64,000 nt of DNA from Nitrospinaceae bacterium (GTDB lineage: Bacteria > Nitrospinota > Nitrospinia > Nitrospinales > Nitrospinaceae): the NCBI GenBank assembly GCA_965237905.1, contig OZ250172.1, positions 2,976,001 through 3,040,000 of the forward strand, in the 5' to 3' direction. Shown here piece by piece: positions 13,159 to 21,126 of the stretch; positions within the stretch are counted from its first letter, which is position 1; the number at the start of each line of letters is the position of its first letter. Both the position numbers and the translations under genes were made by a program. A model generated the notes under the pieces. That model was not told where the DNA came from, did not search any database, and saw nothing but the letters and a program-made list of their open reading frames with translations.

Positions 13159-14187
13159 TCAGCTTTCCCTTTTAAAGTGGTTGAACCCCATCGGCCTTTG
13201 GAGAACTTTACTACGACCGGTTTTCGATATCAGGCGAATGCCTTTCCTGACCGTAATCACTCCAATTTGAGTCACAGGTTGGTCGACTTTAGTAATGGAC
13301 TCTATATCTAAATTATTAACATCTTCAGGGGCCAATGTAAATAATAATTCATAGTCTTCCCCTCCCCCCAGAGCCAATTCGAGGGCGGGTAAATCATTGA
13401 TAAGGCTATACTTTGCAAGGGGTTTGGAGATCGGAACTTTGTCCTCCCAGAGCTCTGCGCCCGCATGATTTGCCTTCAGGATATGCCCCAGATCCTGAGT
13501 CAATCCATCGCTGATATCGATCATCGATGTCACCTTATATTTGGATCGGGCCAGCCAGGCAGCCTCTTTCACACGGGGTTCCGGTTTGAGGTGCCGCTGG
13601 ACACATTTTTTTTTATGGGCTTCCGAACCTTTCCACTTTTTCTTGGGAGACTCCAGAATTTTAAGACCCAGGGCGGAATCTCCCAGGGTTCCCGTCACGA
13701 AAATCCTGTCTCCCGGCCGGGCTCCCGAGCGGGTAAAAACTTTCTTTTTCAGGGTCTCTCCCAGCAGAGCCAGATTGATGAACAGGTGCTTGGGGGAAGC
13801 CACCGTATCTCCGCCCACCAGAGCCACTTTATATTTCAGGGATGCCTGGTTGAGGCCTTTATAAAAACGATCCAGGAAATCGACCGGAATCGAATTTGGA
13901 ATGCCCACCGATATGACGGCAAATTTGGGTTGGCCTCCCATGGCGGCGATGTCGCTGATATTGACTGCCAGCGTTTTCCATCCTAATTGTTCCGGAGTGT
14001 GGGTTTTTAAATTAAAATGGACAGTTTCCACCAAAGCATCGGTCGTCAGAACTTGATAGTTGCCGTTGTTAAGGGACAGCACTGCGCAGTCATCGCCGAT
14101 ACCCTGGATGACTTGGGGAGAACGGTATTTAAGACGGGATTGAAACCGGGAAATTAGGCCAAATTCTCCTAATTTTGAAAGATCCAT
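13159..14187 (-). CDS. thiL: Thiamine-monophosphate kinase
   Basis: GEFGLI, GIGDDCAV, VNISDIAAMGG, GGDT, TGTLGDS, IDISDGL, GGGEDYELLFT. Confidence 0.97.
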   Translation of the reverse strand: MDLSKLGEFGLISRFQSRLKYRSPQVIQGIGDDCAVLSLNNGNYQVLTTDALVETVHFNLKTHTPEQLGWKTLAVNISDIAAMGGQPKFAVISVGIPNSIPVDFLDRFYKGLNQASLKYKVALVGGDTVASPKHLFINLALLGETLKKKVFTRSGARPGDRIFVTGTLGDSALGLKILESPKKKWKGSEAHKKKCVQRHLKPEPRVKEAAWLARSKYKVTSMIDISDGLTQDLGHILKANHAGAELWEDKVPISKPLAKYSLINDLPALELALGGGEDYELLFTLAPEDVNNLDIESITKVDQPVTQIGVITVRKGIRLISKTGRSKVLQRPMGFNHFKRES

Positions 14188-14198
14188 GACAGGGTTTT

Positions 14199-14432
14199 TT
14201 AAATACCTTTTTTGAAAAAATCCCGGGCCATGGCATCGATATCCAATTTTTTATCGATTTTGATCGAAAGTTTGTCACCGACCTCAAACTGATACTTTTG
14301 GAATTCCTCCAGGCTGAAAGTCACTTCAATTTCATTTTCAGTCTGCTGGACCCATATGGTGACATCTCTTTCTACCTCTGCTTTATTGGGCGGGACGGAA
14401 GTTTGGGTAATTTCACCTTCCAATTGAATCAT
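14199..14432 (-). CDS. Small hypothetical protein
   Basis: 77-aa ORF with upstream AAGGA, co-oriented with thiL; no recognised family. Confidence 0.6.
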   Translation of the reverse strand: MIQLEGEITQTSVPPNKAEVERDVTIWVQQTENEIEVTFSLEEFQKYQFEVGDKLSIKIDKKLDIDAMARDFFKKGI

Positions 14433-14540
14433 CTTAGGATTTCCTTATTAGTTTAAATAGATTGGCTTCTTAATGATTTTCCTTCATTTGGCTGCATATT
14501 GCTATTGAATTGTCGCGGAAGTCGGCTGGAAGTTAAACAA

Positions 14541-14573
14541 AAATTCCCCCCTGAACTTGCCAGGGGGGAATTT
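14541..14573 (-). terminator. Hairpin/terminator downstream of the CBS gene
   Basis: 13-bp inverted repeat aaattcccccctg/caggggggaattt; T-rich tail on the minus strand. Confidence 0.6.
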
Positions 14574-14611
14574 ATAAAGGTGAAGAATGGGTTTTAGCTG
14601 ATAATCAAATC

Positions 14612-15010
14612 TTATTCCTGCATGCGAAAGTCCTTGGAGTAATAAGCAACCAGATCTTTGACCGATAGGACTCCTACGATTTTGTCATCATCCGTTATTG
14701 CCAAATGGCGGATTTTGTTTTTGTGCATGTATTGGTTGGCCTCTTCAATGGGCATATAACGATCCATAGATTCGATGGAGCCCATAATATCAGAAACCTT
14801 CATCTCTTCCGGATTCGCCCCTTTGGCCAGCACTTTTTGGCTGAGTTCCCTTTCCGTGATGATACCGATGTCATCTCCATGTTCTTCAACGATGAGGCTT
14901 CCCACATGACTCTTTTCCATCAAAATCGCCGCATCCTGTACGGAAGATTCCGAATCAACTCTCAATACCGGGGAGGACATGTATTCCCCCACTTCATCCA
15001 TCGTATCCAT
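14612..15010 (-). CDS. CBS domain-pair protein
   Basis: VGEYMSSPV, GIITERE, IRHLAI, VGVLSVKDL; start placed at MDTMDEV after an AGGGGG RBS. Confidence 0.88.
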   Translation of the reverse strand: MDTMDEVGEYMSSPVLRVDSESSVQDAAILMEKSHVGSLIVEEHGDDIGIITERELSQKVLAKGANPEEMKVSDIMGSIESMDRYMPIEEANQYMHKNKIRHLAITDDDKIVGVLSVKDLVAYYSKDFRMQE

Positions 15011-15201
15011 ACTGCCCCCTTGGTTTATATGTAAGAATATTGAACCCAATAAGGTAGATTTTGTGTCTTCAGTAATATGGGATGATAATAGATGAGGTGC
15101 CATGGATTCAACAAAAATCGAAATCCCCGGGTCCGGGTCGACGGGGGACAGGCAAAATAAGATCAAACTTTTCAAGGGTTAAGGATCAGAGGGTAGGGGG
15201 G

Positions 15202-15840
15202 TTACTTGACTTCTTTTACCAACCAGGCGTGATATTTTTCTGCGGTGACGTGATGCCAGAAAACAGCCCCGATATTGAAATGAACCAGCCAAGCACCCTG
15301 GTCCCCCTGTTGACAGAGTTTTTTCTGATACCGGTCCGTTATGACGGATACTTCTTCACAAGTGGTGGTGCTCCAGTAATAATGACCGCGCCCGTCATCG
15401 AAAAGAGGATGTACCCAAGACTTCTGGCCGCTCACATTTTTCACCCGTTGTTTGTACATCAGGGTTTTGAGTTCCGGAAGGGTGGGGAGTCGCCAGCCGG
15501 GTGTGCCGTCGATATCGGCTCCGATGGCATAATCCTTTGCCATTTTAAGTGAATATTTATTCAGGTGGCCCTTCTTCGCCCATTTCAGTTTGTTGACCGT
15601 ATCCGTGATAGTTCCGTTCTTATTGTCGACAAACTTGGGAGTGGGCAAATTTTCCAGTTGTTTATCGGATACCTTTTTACATTCGGCGAGTAACGGGGCG
15701 GATCTGGGACATTGATTGAGAATATCAAAATGCCCCATGGTTTTTATCATAGTGCAGACCTTTGCCTTGGAGCATCTTGCCCAGGAGGAGGTGGGCCAAG
15801 CCACCAGGACTACTAGAATTAAGAAAAGAACCCGCATCAA
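15202..15840 (-). CDS. Exported DUF1566 (Lcl C-terminal domain) protein
   Basis: Signal peptide; FVDNKNGTITD...L.W, GWRLPTLPEL, YWSTT motifs. Confidence 0.85.
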   Translation of the reverse strand: MMRVLFLILVVLVAWPTSSWARCSKAKVCTMIKTMGHFDILNQCPRSAPLLAECKKVSDKQLENLPTPKFVDNKNGTITDTVNKLKWAKKGHLNKYSLKMAKDYAIGADIDGTPGWRLPTLPELKTLMYKQRVKNVSGQKSWVHPLFDDGRGHYYWSTTTCEEVSVITDRYQKKLCQQGDQGAWLVHFNIGAVFWHHVTAEKYHAWLVKEVK

Positions 15841-15967
15841 CCATCTCCTATTTATAAGGAATTTGGAAATCCAAACCGTGAAATTTAAGGGGATACGTAA
15901 AAATCCTGGTCAGAATACAATATTTTTCAGGGAATATAAACGAATATTTAAACGGGTTTAGCACAGT

Positions 15968-16795
15968 TTAAAGGGCTTGAAGAACCGCGTCCAGCCGCTC
16001 GAAAGCTTCTTTTCCTTTGAGGGGTAAAAGGTACTTCGTGCCGACAATGGAGTTGGCGGAAGGGTCCAGATTGATGTTGATCGCCGGTGCGCCCTGCCTC
16101 ATGAACTCAAGGGCAAGATAATCGTTGGTGGGAACGGCGCCCGAACTTCCAACCAGAATCACCAAATCGACCGGCTCTCTCGCGAATGAATGAAAATTCT
16201 TTTCCTGCTCCGGGTGGCCGGTGTATTCCCCATCGCCAAACATCAGAATGTGCGGACGGGCGACGCCGCGGCAACGGGGGCACTTGGGATACTTCGAGGC
16301 TTTCATGGTGTCGTGATCGAGATCGCACAGGGGAACCGAATCCTCCTGCCAGTAGGCATAAGAACAGACATTCAGGCACTGGAGCCGCCACATGGACCCG
16401 TGAACCTCTTTCACCTTGTCGGCGGGGCACCCCGACCGCAAATGATAGCCATCGGTATTGGTGGTGTGAATGAACGCGTCATCGAAATGTTCCTCGATCC
16501 ATTTGTTGATAATGGTGTATCCAGCATGAGGCTGGTTTTCGTCGGCATTACGACGTCGCCATTCGTAAAACGCCCAGGCATGGGGAAGTTCGTTGCGGAA
16601 AGCCCAGGGGCTGGCCAAATCCTGCGCCTCCAACCCTTTTTCTTTGAAGGGTGGAAAATTACTCCAGTAACCCTCCTTGTCGCGGAAGGTGGGGATATTG
16701 GAATCGGCGCTCATGCCGGCGCTGGTGAGAAACACGACGCGCCGGGCGTCGTGGATCAGTTGGGCGCATTGTTTAATAAGTTGGTCAGTATCCAT
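15968..16795 (-). CDS. Sir2/CobB-type NAD-dependent deacylase
   Basis: TSAGMSADSNIPTFRD, TTNTDGYH, EVHGS, CxxxC/CxxC zinc ligands, RPHILMFGD, VGSSGAV; start may be 16795 or 16831. Confidence 0.9.
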   Translation of the reverse strand: MDTDQLIKQCAQLIHDARRVVFLTSAGMSADSNIPTFRDKEGYWSNFPPFKEKGLEAQDLASPWAFRNELPHAWAFYEWRRRNADENQPHAGYTIINKWIEEHFDDAFIHTTNTDGYHLRSGCPADKVKEVHGSMWRLQCLNVCSYAYWQEDSVPLCDLDHDTMKASKYPKCPRCRGVARPHILMFGDGEYTGHPEQEKNFHSFAREPVDLVILVGSSGAVPTNDYLALEFMRQGAPAININLDPSANSIVGTKYLLPLKGKEAFERLDAVLQAL

Positions 16796-16972
16796 ATCCG
16801 AGTTCAAAGTTCGCCATTCCTTTTCCCGCAAAAGGTCCGCAAATTGTCGGTTAATATATTATTTGGCGGCTTACGATCTGTATGATCGAACGTCTGCTTT
16901 TGCACCATAGGTGTTATCACGCAGAAACAGCTCAGAGATCAAAAACTCTGAAAAAGAATTGACGGAATAGAT

Positions 16973-17386
16973 TCATTTTTTTTCAAACAGGGCATCCAGA
17001 ATCGGGCATTCGGGTATTACACCGCCTTCACACTGCGAAGAAATTTTAGCCAGTATTTTTTCCAGCTTTTTTAAATCCACAATCTTCCGGCGAATATCTC
17101 CAAGATGATGAAGTGTGATCTTTTGCACTTGAACGCAGGTGTTTTCGCCACCATCAACCAACCTCAAGAGAGCCCGAATTTCTTCAAGTGAAAAACCCAG
17201 GCCCCTGCCACGGCGTATGAAAACCAGCCGCTTCAGGTGATTTTCACTATAAATCCGATGTCCACCTTCAGTTCGAGGTGGTTTTGGGAATATCGCAATC
17301 TTTTCGTAATAGCGGATTGTCTCAATCTTGCAGTGAGTGAGATCGGACAAAACTCCAATAGTTAATCTTTTTTCTCTATTTTGCAT
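16973..17386 (-). CDS. MerR-family heavy-metal-responsive regulator (Cys84, Cys119, Cys127)
   Basis: TIG.LS..T.C.IETIRYYE, RTEGGHRIY, LGFSLEEIRALL, C-terminal CEGGVIPECPIL; true start ATG 17386 with AGGAG RBS. Confidence 0.93.
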   Translation of the reverse strand: MQNREKRLTIGVLSDLTHCKIETIRYYEKIAIFPKPPRTEGGHRIYSENHLKRLVFIRRGRGLGFSLEEIRALLRLVDGGENTCVQVQKITLHHLGDIRRKIVDLKKLEKILAKISSQCEGGVIPECPILDALFEKK

Positions 17387-17394
17387 AAAACTCC

Positions 17395-17425
17395 TTGAAC
17401 CTGTAGTTACTACAGGTTTTATATT
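17395..17425 (+). promoter_or_regulatory. MerR-type promoter/operator: -35 TTGAAC, 19-bp spacer, -10 TATATT, perfect 10-bp inverted repeat
   Basis: AACCTGTAGT-T-ACTACAGGTT at 17398-17418, spanning the long spacer characteristic of MerR-activated promoters. Confidence 0.9.
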
Positions 17426-17476
17426 ATAAGCGAAAAAATGATTTTTGGGAAATGACTTTAAAACCGGGAGAGGATC

Positions 17477-18187
17477 ATGGACAAAACACAGATCAATCAA
17501 GAAATCGTATCGGCTTTTAAGCTTGGCATCCCTCCAGTAGCAATGGCCTTCGTTGATGGACAACCGGACGGCGTGAGCACTATTGAGGGTGAATACCCCT
17601 CGTTTTGTACCTTTTGGCGCATGGCTGAGGAAAAAGTATTCTATGCACCGGCGGATAAACATTACAACTGTCCGATTGGAGCCATGATATTGGGGATCGA
17701 GATGCCCAAAGAGGTGCAGGAAGAACTGGGTGGCTTGGTTGAAAAAATGTGTGAATGTTCTTACCTGTCCGAGGATGAACCGGCAAATATTCCCACCCTT
17801 TCCAAGAAAATGAGCGGCGTGGTATATGGTCCATTGAAAGGCTTTCCGGTGGAACCTGAACTGGTCATGATGTGGTTGAAACCTTCACAGGCGATGATCT
17901 ACAACGAGGTTTTAGGTTGCTGTAAATGGTCGGAAAGCATGCAATCTATGGCGTTAGGAAGACCGGCTTGCGCGGTGATTCCAACAACCCTGGACAAGTC
18001 TCCGTTTGGGATGTCGCTAGGTTGTACCGGAATGCGTACCTTCACCGAAATCAGTGATGAACATATTCTGGCCACACTCAACTTTAGAGAGATAGATTCG
18101 TTCCTGACCAATCTTAAATCTACGGTATCGGCCAATAAAGAGATGGAAGAAATTTATATAAGCAAGAAAAACCAATTCGCCAATTAA
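17477..18187 (+). CDS. DUF169 family Cys-rich protein
   Basis: PPVAMAF, FCTF, NCPIGAMILG, VVYGPL, PELV, PACA, SLGCTGMR pattern; GAGG RBS; first gene after the MerR promoter. Confidence 0.75.
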   Translation: MDKTQINQEIVSAFKLGIPPVAMAFVDGQPDGVSTIEGEYPSFCTFWRMAEEKVFYAPADKHYNCPIGAMILGIEMPKEVQEELGGLVEKMCECSYLSEDEPANIPTLSKKMSGVVYGPLKGFPVEPELVMMWLKPSQAMIYNEVLGCCKWSESMQSMALGRPACAVIPTTLDKSPFGMSLGCTGMRTFTEISDEHILATLNFREIDSFLTNLKSTVSANKEMEEIYISKKNQFAN

Positions 18188-18262
18188 TAATTATCCTTTT
18201 ATAAAAGCAAGCCGGTTCCTTGGTTTGTTTAAATGAAGTTGTTCCACACGTAGGTTGAGACC

Positions 18263-18895
18263 ATGTCGTTTGTTTATATGAAAATCCTTGAATCCCGTCC
18301 CGAACGATACGATATAGGAATGGGTCTGTTGACTTTGGGATCGTTGACAAAAATTAAACGGCAAATCGCAGATCATGTTAATCCCGGAAATCGAGTCCTC
18401 GATTTGGGCTGCGGGACCGGAACATTGGCACAAATGTGCATTGAACGAGGGGCGCAGGTGGCTGGGGTAGATGCCAACAGCGGTATGCTTGAAGTGGCAA
18501 AGAGAAATTCGCCTTCTGCAAATTTTCTTAACATCAGCCTTAGCAATCTGGATGAGCATTTAGAGGATGAATCATTCGATATTATTTTAAGCACTCTTGC
18601 ATTCAGCGAATTGACCCGCGCAGAGAGACTTCATGTATTGAAACAAATCAAAAGAATCTTGAAAAAAGAAGGAAAGGTTCTTATCGGTGACGAAATAATT
18701 CCGGAAAATTTATCCGCCAAATGTTTTTACTATGCTTTCAGATTACCCATGCGGCTTCTTACCTGGATCGTGACCCAAAACACCACTAACGCTATTTCTA
18801 ATTTCGATGATGATGTGCAGCAGGCGGGCATGGAAATAGTCAGCCGCAAGCCGTTTATGTTGGGCATGTTCATCCTTTTGGAAATTAAAAAATGA
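18263..18895 (+). CDS. Class I SAM-dependent methyltransferase (resembles corrinoid-protein-associated CpaM type)
   Basis: VLDLGCGTG motif I, GVDAN..ML, FDIILSTLAFSEL; N-terminal YMKILES.P.RYD.G..LLTLG; overlaps the next gene by ATGA. Confidence 0.85.
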   Translation: MSFVYMKILESRPERYDIGMGLLTLGSLTKIKRQIADHVNPGNRVLDLGCGTGTLAQMCIERGAQVAGVDANSGMLEVAKRNSPSANFLNISLSNLDEHLEDESFDIILSTLAFSELTRAERLHVLKQIKRILKKEGKVLIGDEIIPENLSAKCFYYAFRLPMRLLTWIVTQNTTNAISNFDDDVQQAGMEIVSRKPFMLGMFILLEIKK

Positions 18896-19761
18896 TCGGT
18901 TGGATTAAAGACATCTATCAAACGCTATTTCGGTTTGCCCGGTTTCCGTGCGAACCTGAAACCATTGCTATCGGGAATCCTGCAAAATACTCGCCGGTTC
19001 TTGTCACCTGCAATTTTGATTATACGGTCAGACATTTAAAGAATTATTTGGAAGAAGAGCATATAGATTGCTTTCTTCTGGTGGTCAATACCAAAGGCAC
19101 CAACGTCTGGTGCGCGGCGGCTGAAGGTATTTTTACAACCGAAACGGTTCTTGCCCATTTAAAGGTTTATAATGTAAGAGAGCTTGTTAATCACACCAAC
19201 TTGATACTTCCGCAATTGTCTGTGGCTGGAGTAAAAAGAAAAGCTCTCAAAGAACATGGCTGGGAAGGAATTTATGGTCCGGTTTACTTTGCCGACTTAA
19301 AGGAATTTTTGGATAACGACTTTCGCAAGACCAAGGACATGCAGGCTCTAGAATATGGATACTGGGAGCGTTTTAAAATGGGTCTCAGCCATGCGGTTTT
19401 CTGCACATTAGTTTGCATACTTCCAATTTTTCTTTTTGCTTCCGAGTTGTGGCTTCAAGCCATCGTTTTAGTCTGGTACTTCGCTTTCAGTATGCAATTA
19501 ATTGAACATTTTATTCCCTTCGATAGATTGCTATACAAAGGTCTAGCGCTTTCCTTGCCAATTCTGGTACTGGTGCTGTTTTTCTCAATAGATACTGTTT
19601 TGCAAATCCAGGTAATAATCGGGATTATTGCCTTAGGTGCTTTTATTGGATTCGATGCCCAAGGTCATTCCCATCTCGGGCAAAATCAGAATTCGGGAAA
19701 ACTTACTGCTGGGATTTTTGCATTTTTGGCTTTATCTTATGGAGGTTTATTATTGCTATGA
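18892..19761 (+). CDS. HgcA-like membrane-anchored corrinoid protein (CdhD/AcsC-family cobalamin domain plus about 5 TM helices)
   Basis: IGNP...SPVLVTCNFDYT, LLVVNTKGTNVWCAAAEG.F, LILPQLS..GV, YGPVY..DL; hydrophobic C-terminal domain. Confidence 0.9.
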   Translation: MIGWIKDIYQTLFRFARFPCEPETIAIGNPAKYSPVLVTCNFDYTVRHLKNYLEEEHIDCFLLVVNTKGTNVWCAAAEGIFTTETVLAHLKVYNVRELVNHTNLILPQLSVAGVKRKALKEHGWEGIYGPVYFADLKEFLDNDFRKTKDMQALEYGYWERFKMGLSHAVFCTLVCILPIFLFASELWLQAIVLVWYFAFSMQLIEHFIPFDRLLYKGLALSLPILVLVLFFSIDTVLQIQVIIGIIALGAFIGFDAQGHSHLGQNQNSGKLTAGIFAFLALSYGGLLLL

Positions 19762-19946
19762 AAAAATTTGTGGATTGGGACAAGATAGAAGAGGAAACGG
19801 GTTCTGCCGAGGAAGCCTGTGAATGCACTAGAAGCAAATTACAATCACTGATTGATTTCGTGGTGGAATTATTTCCCAAGAAAAAGGATTCATCTTGTTG
19901 TCCCGAAATGAATGAAAAAGAAAATGGCCAATGCAATGACAACTGA
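19758..19946 (+). CDS. Small Cys-rich protein (CxC, CC)
   Basis: 62 aa; GGAGG RBS and ATGA overlap with the hgcA-like stop; ACEC and SSCCP motifs. Confidence 0.55.
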   Translation: MKKFVDWDKIEEETGSAEEACECTRSKLQSLIDFVVELFPKKKDSSCCPEMNEKENGQCNDN

Positions 19947-20364
19947 TACCTCAAGCTCGGCGAAAACGGTAGAAACTTCTATTTGTCCTACCTGTGGTTG
20001 TTCTTTAATAAGGTTGGGCATCGGTTCGGATCGATGGGCAAAAACTACTTACGCAGGCAAGGAGTATTTCTTTTGTTGCCAGGGTTGCGCTGATCTGTTC
20101 AATCAACAACCTCAAAAATACCTTGAGGAAACCAAGGATTTAGTCGTTTGTCCGACTTGTTTGGCAGAAAAACCGGTGCAGTGGGCTGTGCGCATGGAAA
20201 TTGCCGGATGGGAAGTGTTTTTTTGTCGATGTCCATATTGTCCGGACGTATTCCGAAAGGACCCGGACCACTACGTCAAACGTTTACAAGGTGAGATCGC
20301 TTATGATGGTGTGTTCGGTCAGGCCGGATGTTGTTCCACGGACACACAGGGGAACGCTGAGTGA
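19924..20364 (+). CDS. Tandem YHS/TRASH-like metal-binding protein
   Basis: CPTCGC...YAGKEYFFCCQGC...F...P.KY, then CPTC...FFCRCPYC...F.KDP..Y; ends GCCS; start 19912, 19924 or 19936. Confidence 0.8.
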   Translation: MANAMTTDTSSSAKTVETSICPTCGCSLIRLGIGSDRWAKTTYAGKEYFFCCQGCADLFNQQPQKYLEETKDLVVCPTCLAEKPVQWAVRMEIAGWEVFFCRCPYCPDVFRKDPDHYVKRLQGEIAYDGVFGQAGCCSTDTQGNAE

Positions 20365-20445
20365 ATGTTTTTCGAAGCGCGGCTTCATAAAGCGTAGATA
20401 AGATTTGGTGTGGAGTTTTGTGCTATGCGCTGATATTGGCGGATA

Positions 20446-21090
20446 TCAAAGTTCGCCGTTCCATTCCTTGAAGAAATGATCGAGGTACTGTTCCATGAAA
20501 CGGTGCCGCTGTTCGGCCATTTTTTTTGCGGTGCCGGTATTCATCCGGTCTTTGAGCAATAATAGTTTTTCATAAAAATGATTGGTGGAAGGACCCTTGT
20601 TCTTCTTGTATGCCTCAAAGCTGTCGTGCATTTGCGGAGGCTGGTCCGGATGATGAATCAGCCGTCCCCGATTCCCGCCATACGCAAACGTCCGCGCGAT
20701 TCCCACCGCTCCCAGTGCGTCCAGCCGGTCGGCATCCTGCACGACTTGGCCCTCCAAGGTATCCGTGGGAGTATCGACGCCGGCGCCTTTGAAGGATACC
20801 TTCGAGATGATATCGCAGATGCGGTCAATAGTCTCCGAGGGCAATTCTCCCTCGAGCAATTCACGGATGGTGTTCAATCCCTGGGACTCATCCTCATTCA
20901 ATTTCCAGTCGGCGACATCGTGCAGGAGCGCGGCGATCTCGACAATCGTGCGGTCGGCGCCTTCGGCGTCCGCCAGGTGTTTCGCCGTGTTCCATACCCG
21001 GTGAACGTGCCACCAATCGTGACCGGACCCGTCGCCGGCGAAATGGCTTTCCGCGAAATGCCTGACCTTTTCAATGATTGCTTGGCTCAT
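20446..21090 (-). CDS. HD-domain phosphohydrolase
   Basis: GHDWWHVHRV, ALLHDVAD, VQDADRLDALGAVGIARTFAYGG, HFYEKLL; start MSQAII. Confidence 0.92.
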   Translation of the reverse strand: MSQAIIEKVRHFAESHFAGDGSGHDWWHVHRVWNTAKHLADAEGADRTIVEIAALLHDVADWKLNEDESQGLNTIRELLEGELPSETIDRICDIISKVSFKGAGVDTPTDTLEGQVVQDADRLDALGAVGIARTFAYGGNRGRLIHHPDQPPQMHDSFEAYKKNKGPSTNHFYEKLLLLKDRMNTGTAKKMAEQRHRFMEQYLDHFFKEWNGEL

Positions 21091-21126
21091 GAATATTCTA
21101 TGTTTTTTGGTGATTGCAAAGGCAGA

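Noticed and set aside
15968..16831. Sir2 as an anti-phage (Thoeris/DSR-type) effector
   Set aside because: Stand-alone CobB-sized protein with Zn ribbon and no defence partner genes.
17387..17662. 92-aa N-terminal extension of MerR in the ORF track
   Set aside because: Runs through the operator and the divergent DUF169 gene; the real start is ATG 17386 with AGGAG.
19758..20364. Calling the Cys-rich genes hgcB
   Set aside because: No CxxCxxCxxxCP ferredoxin motifs; the spacing fits YHS/TRASH.
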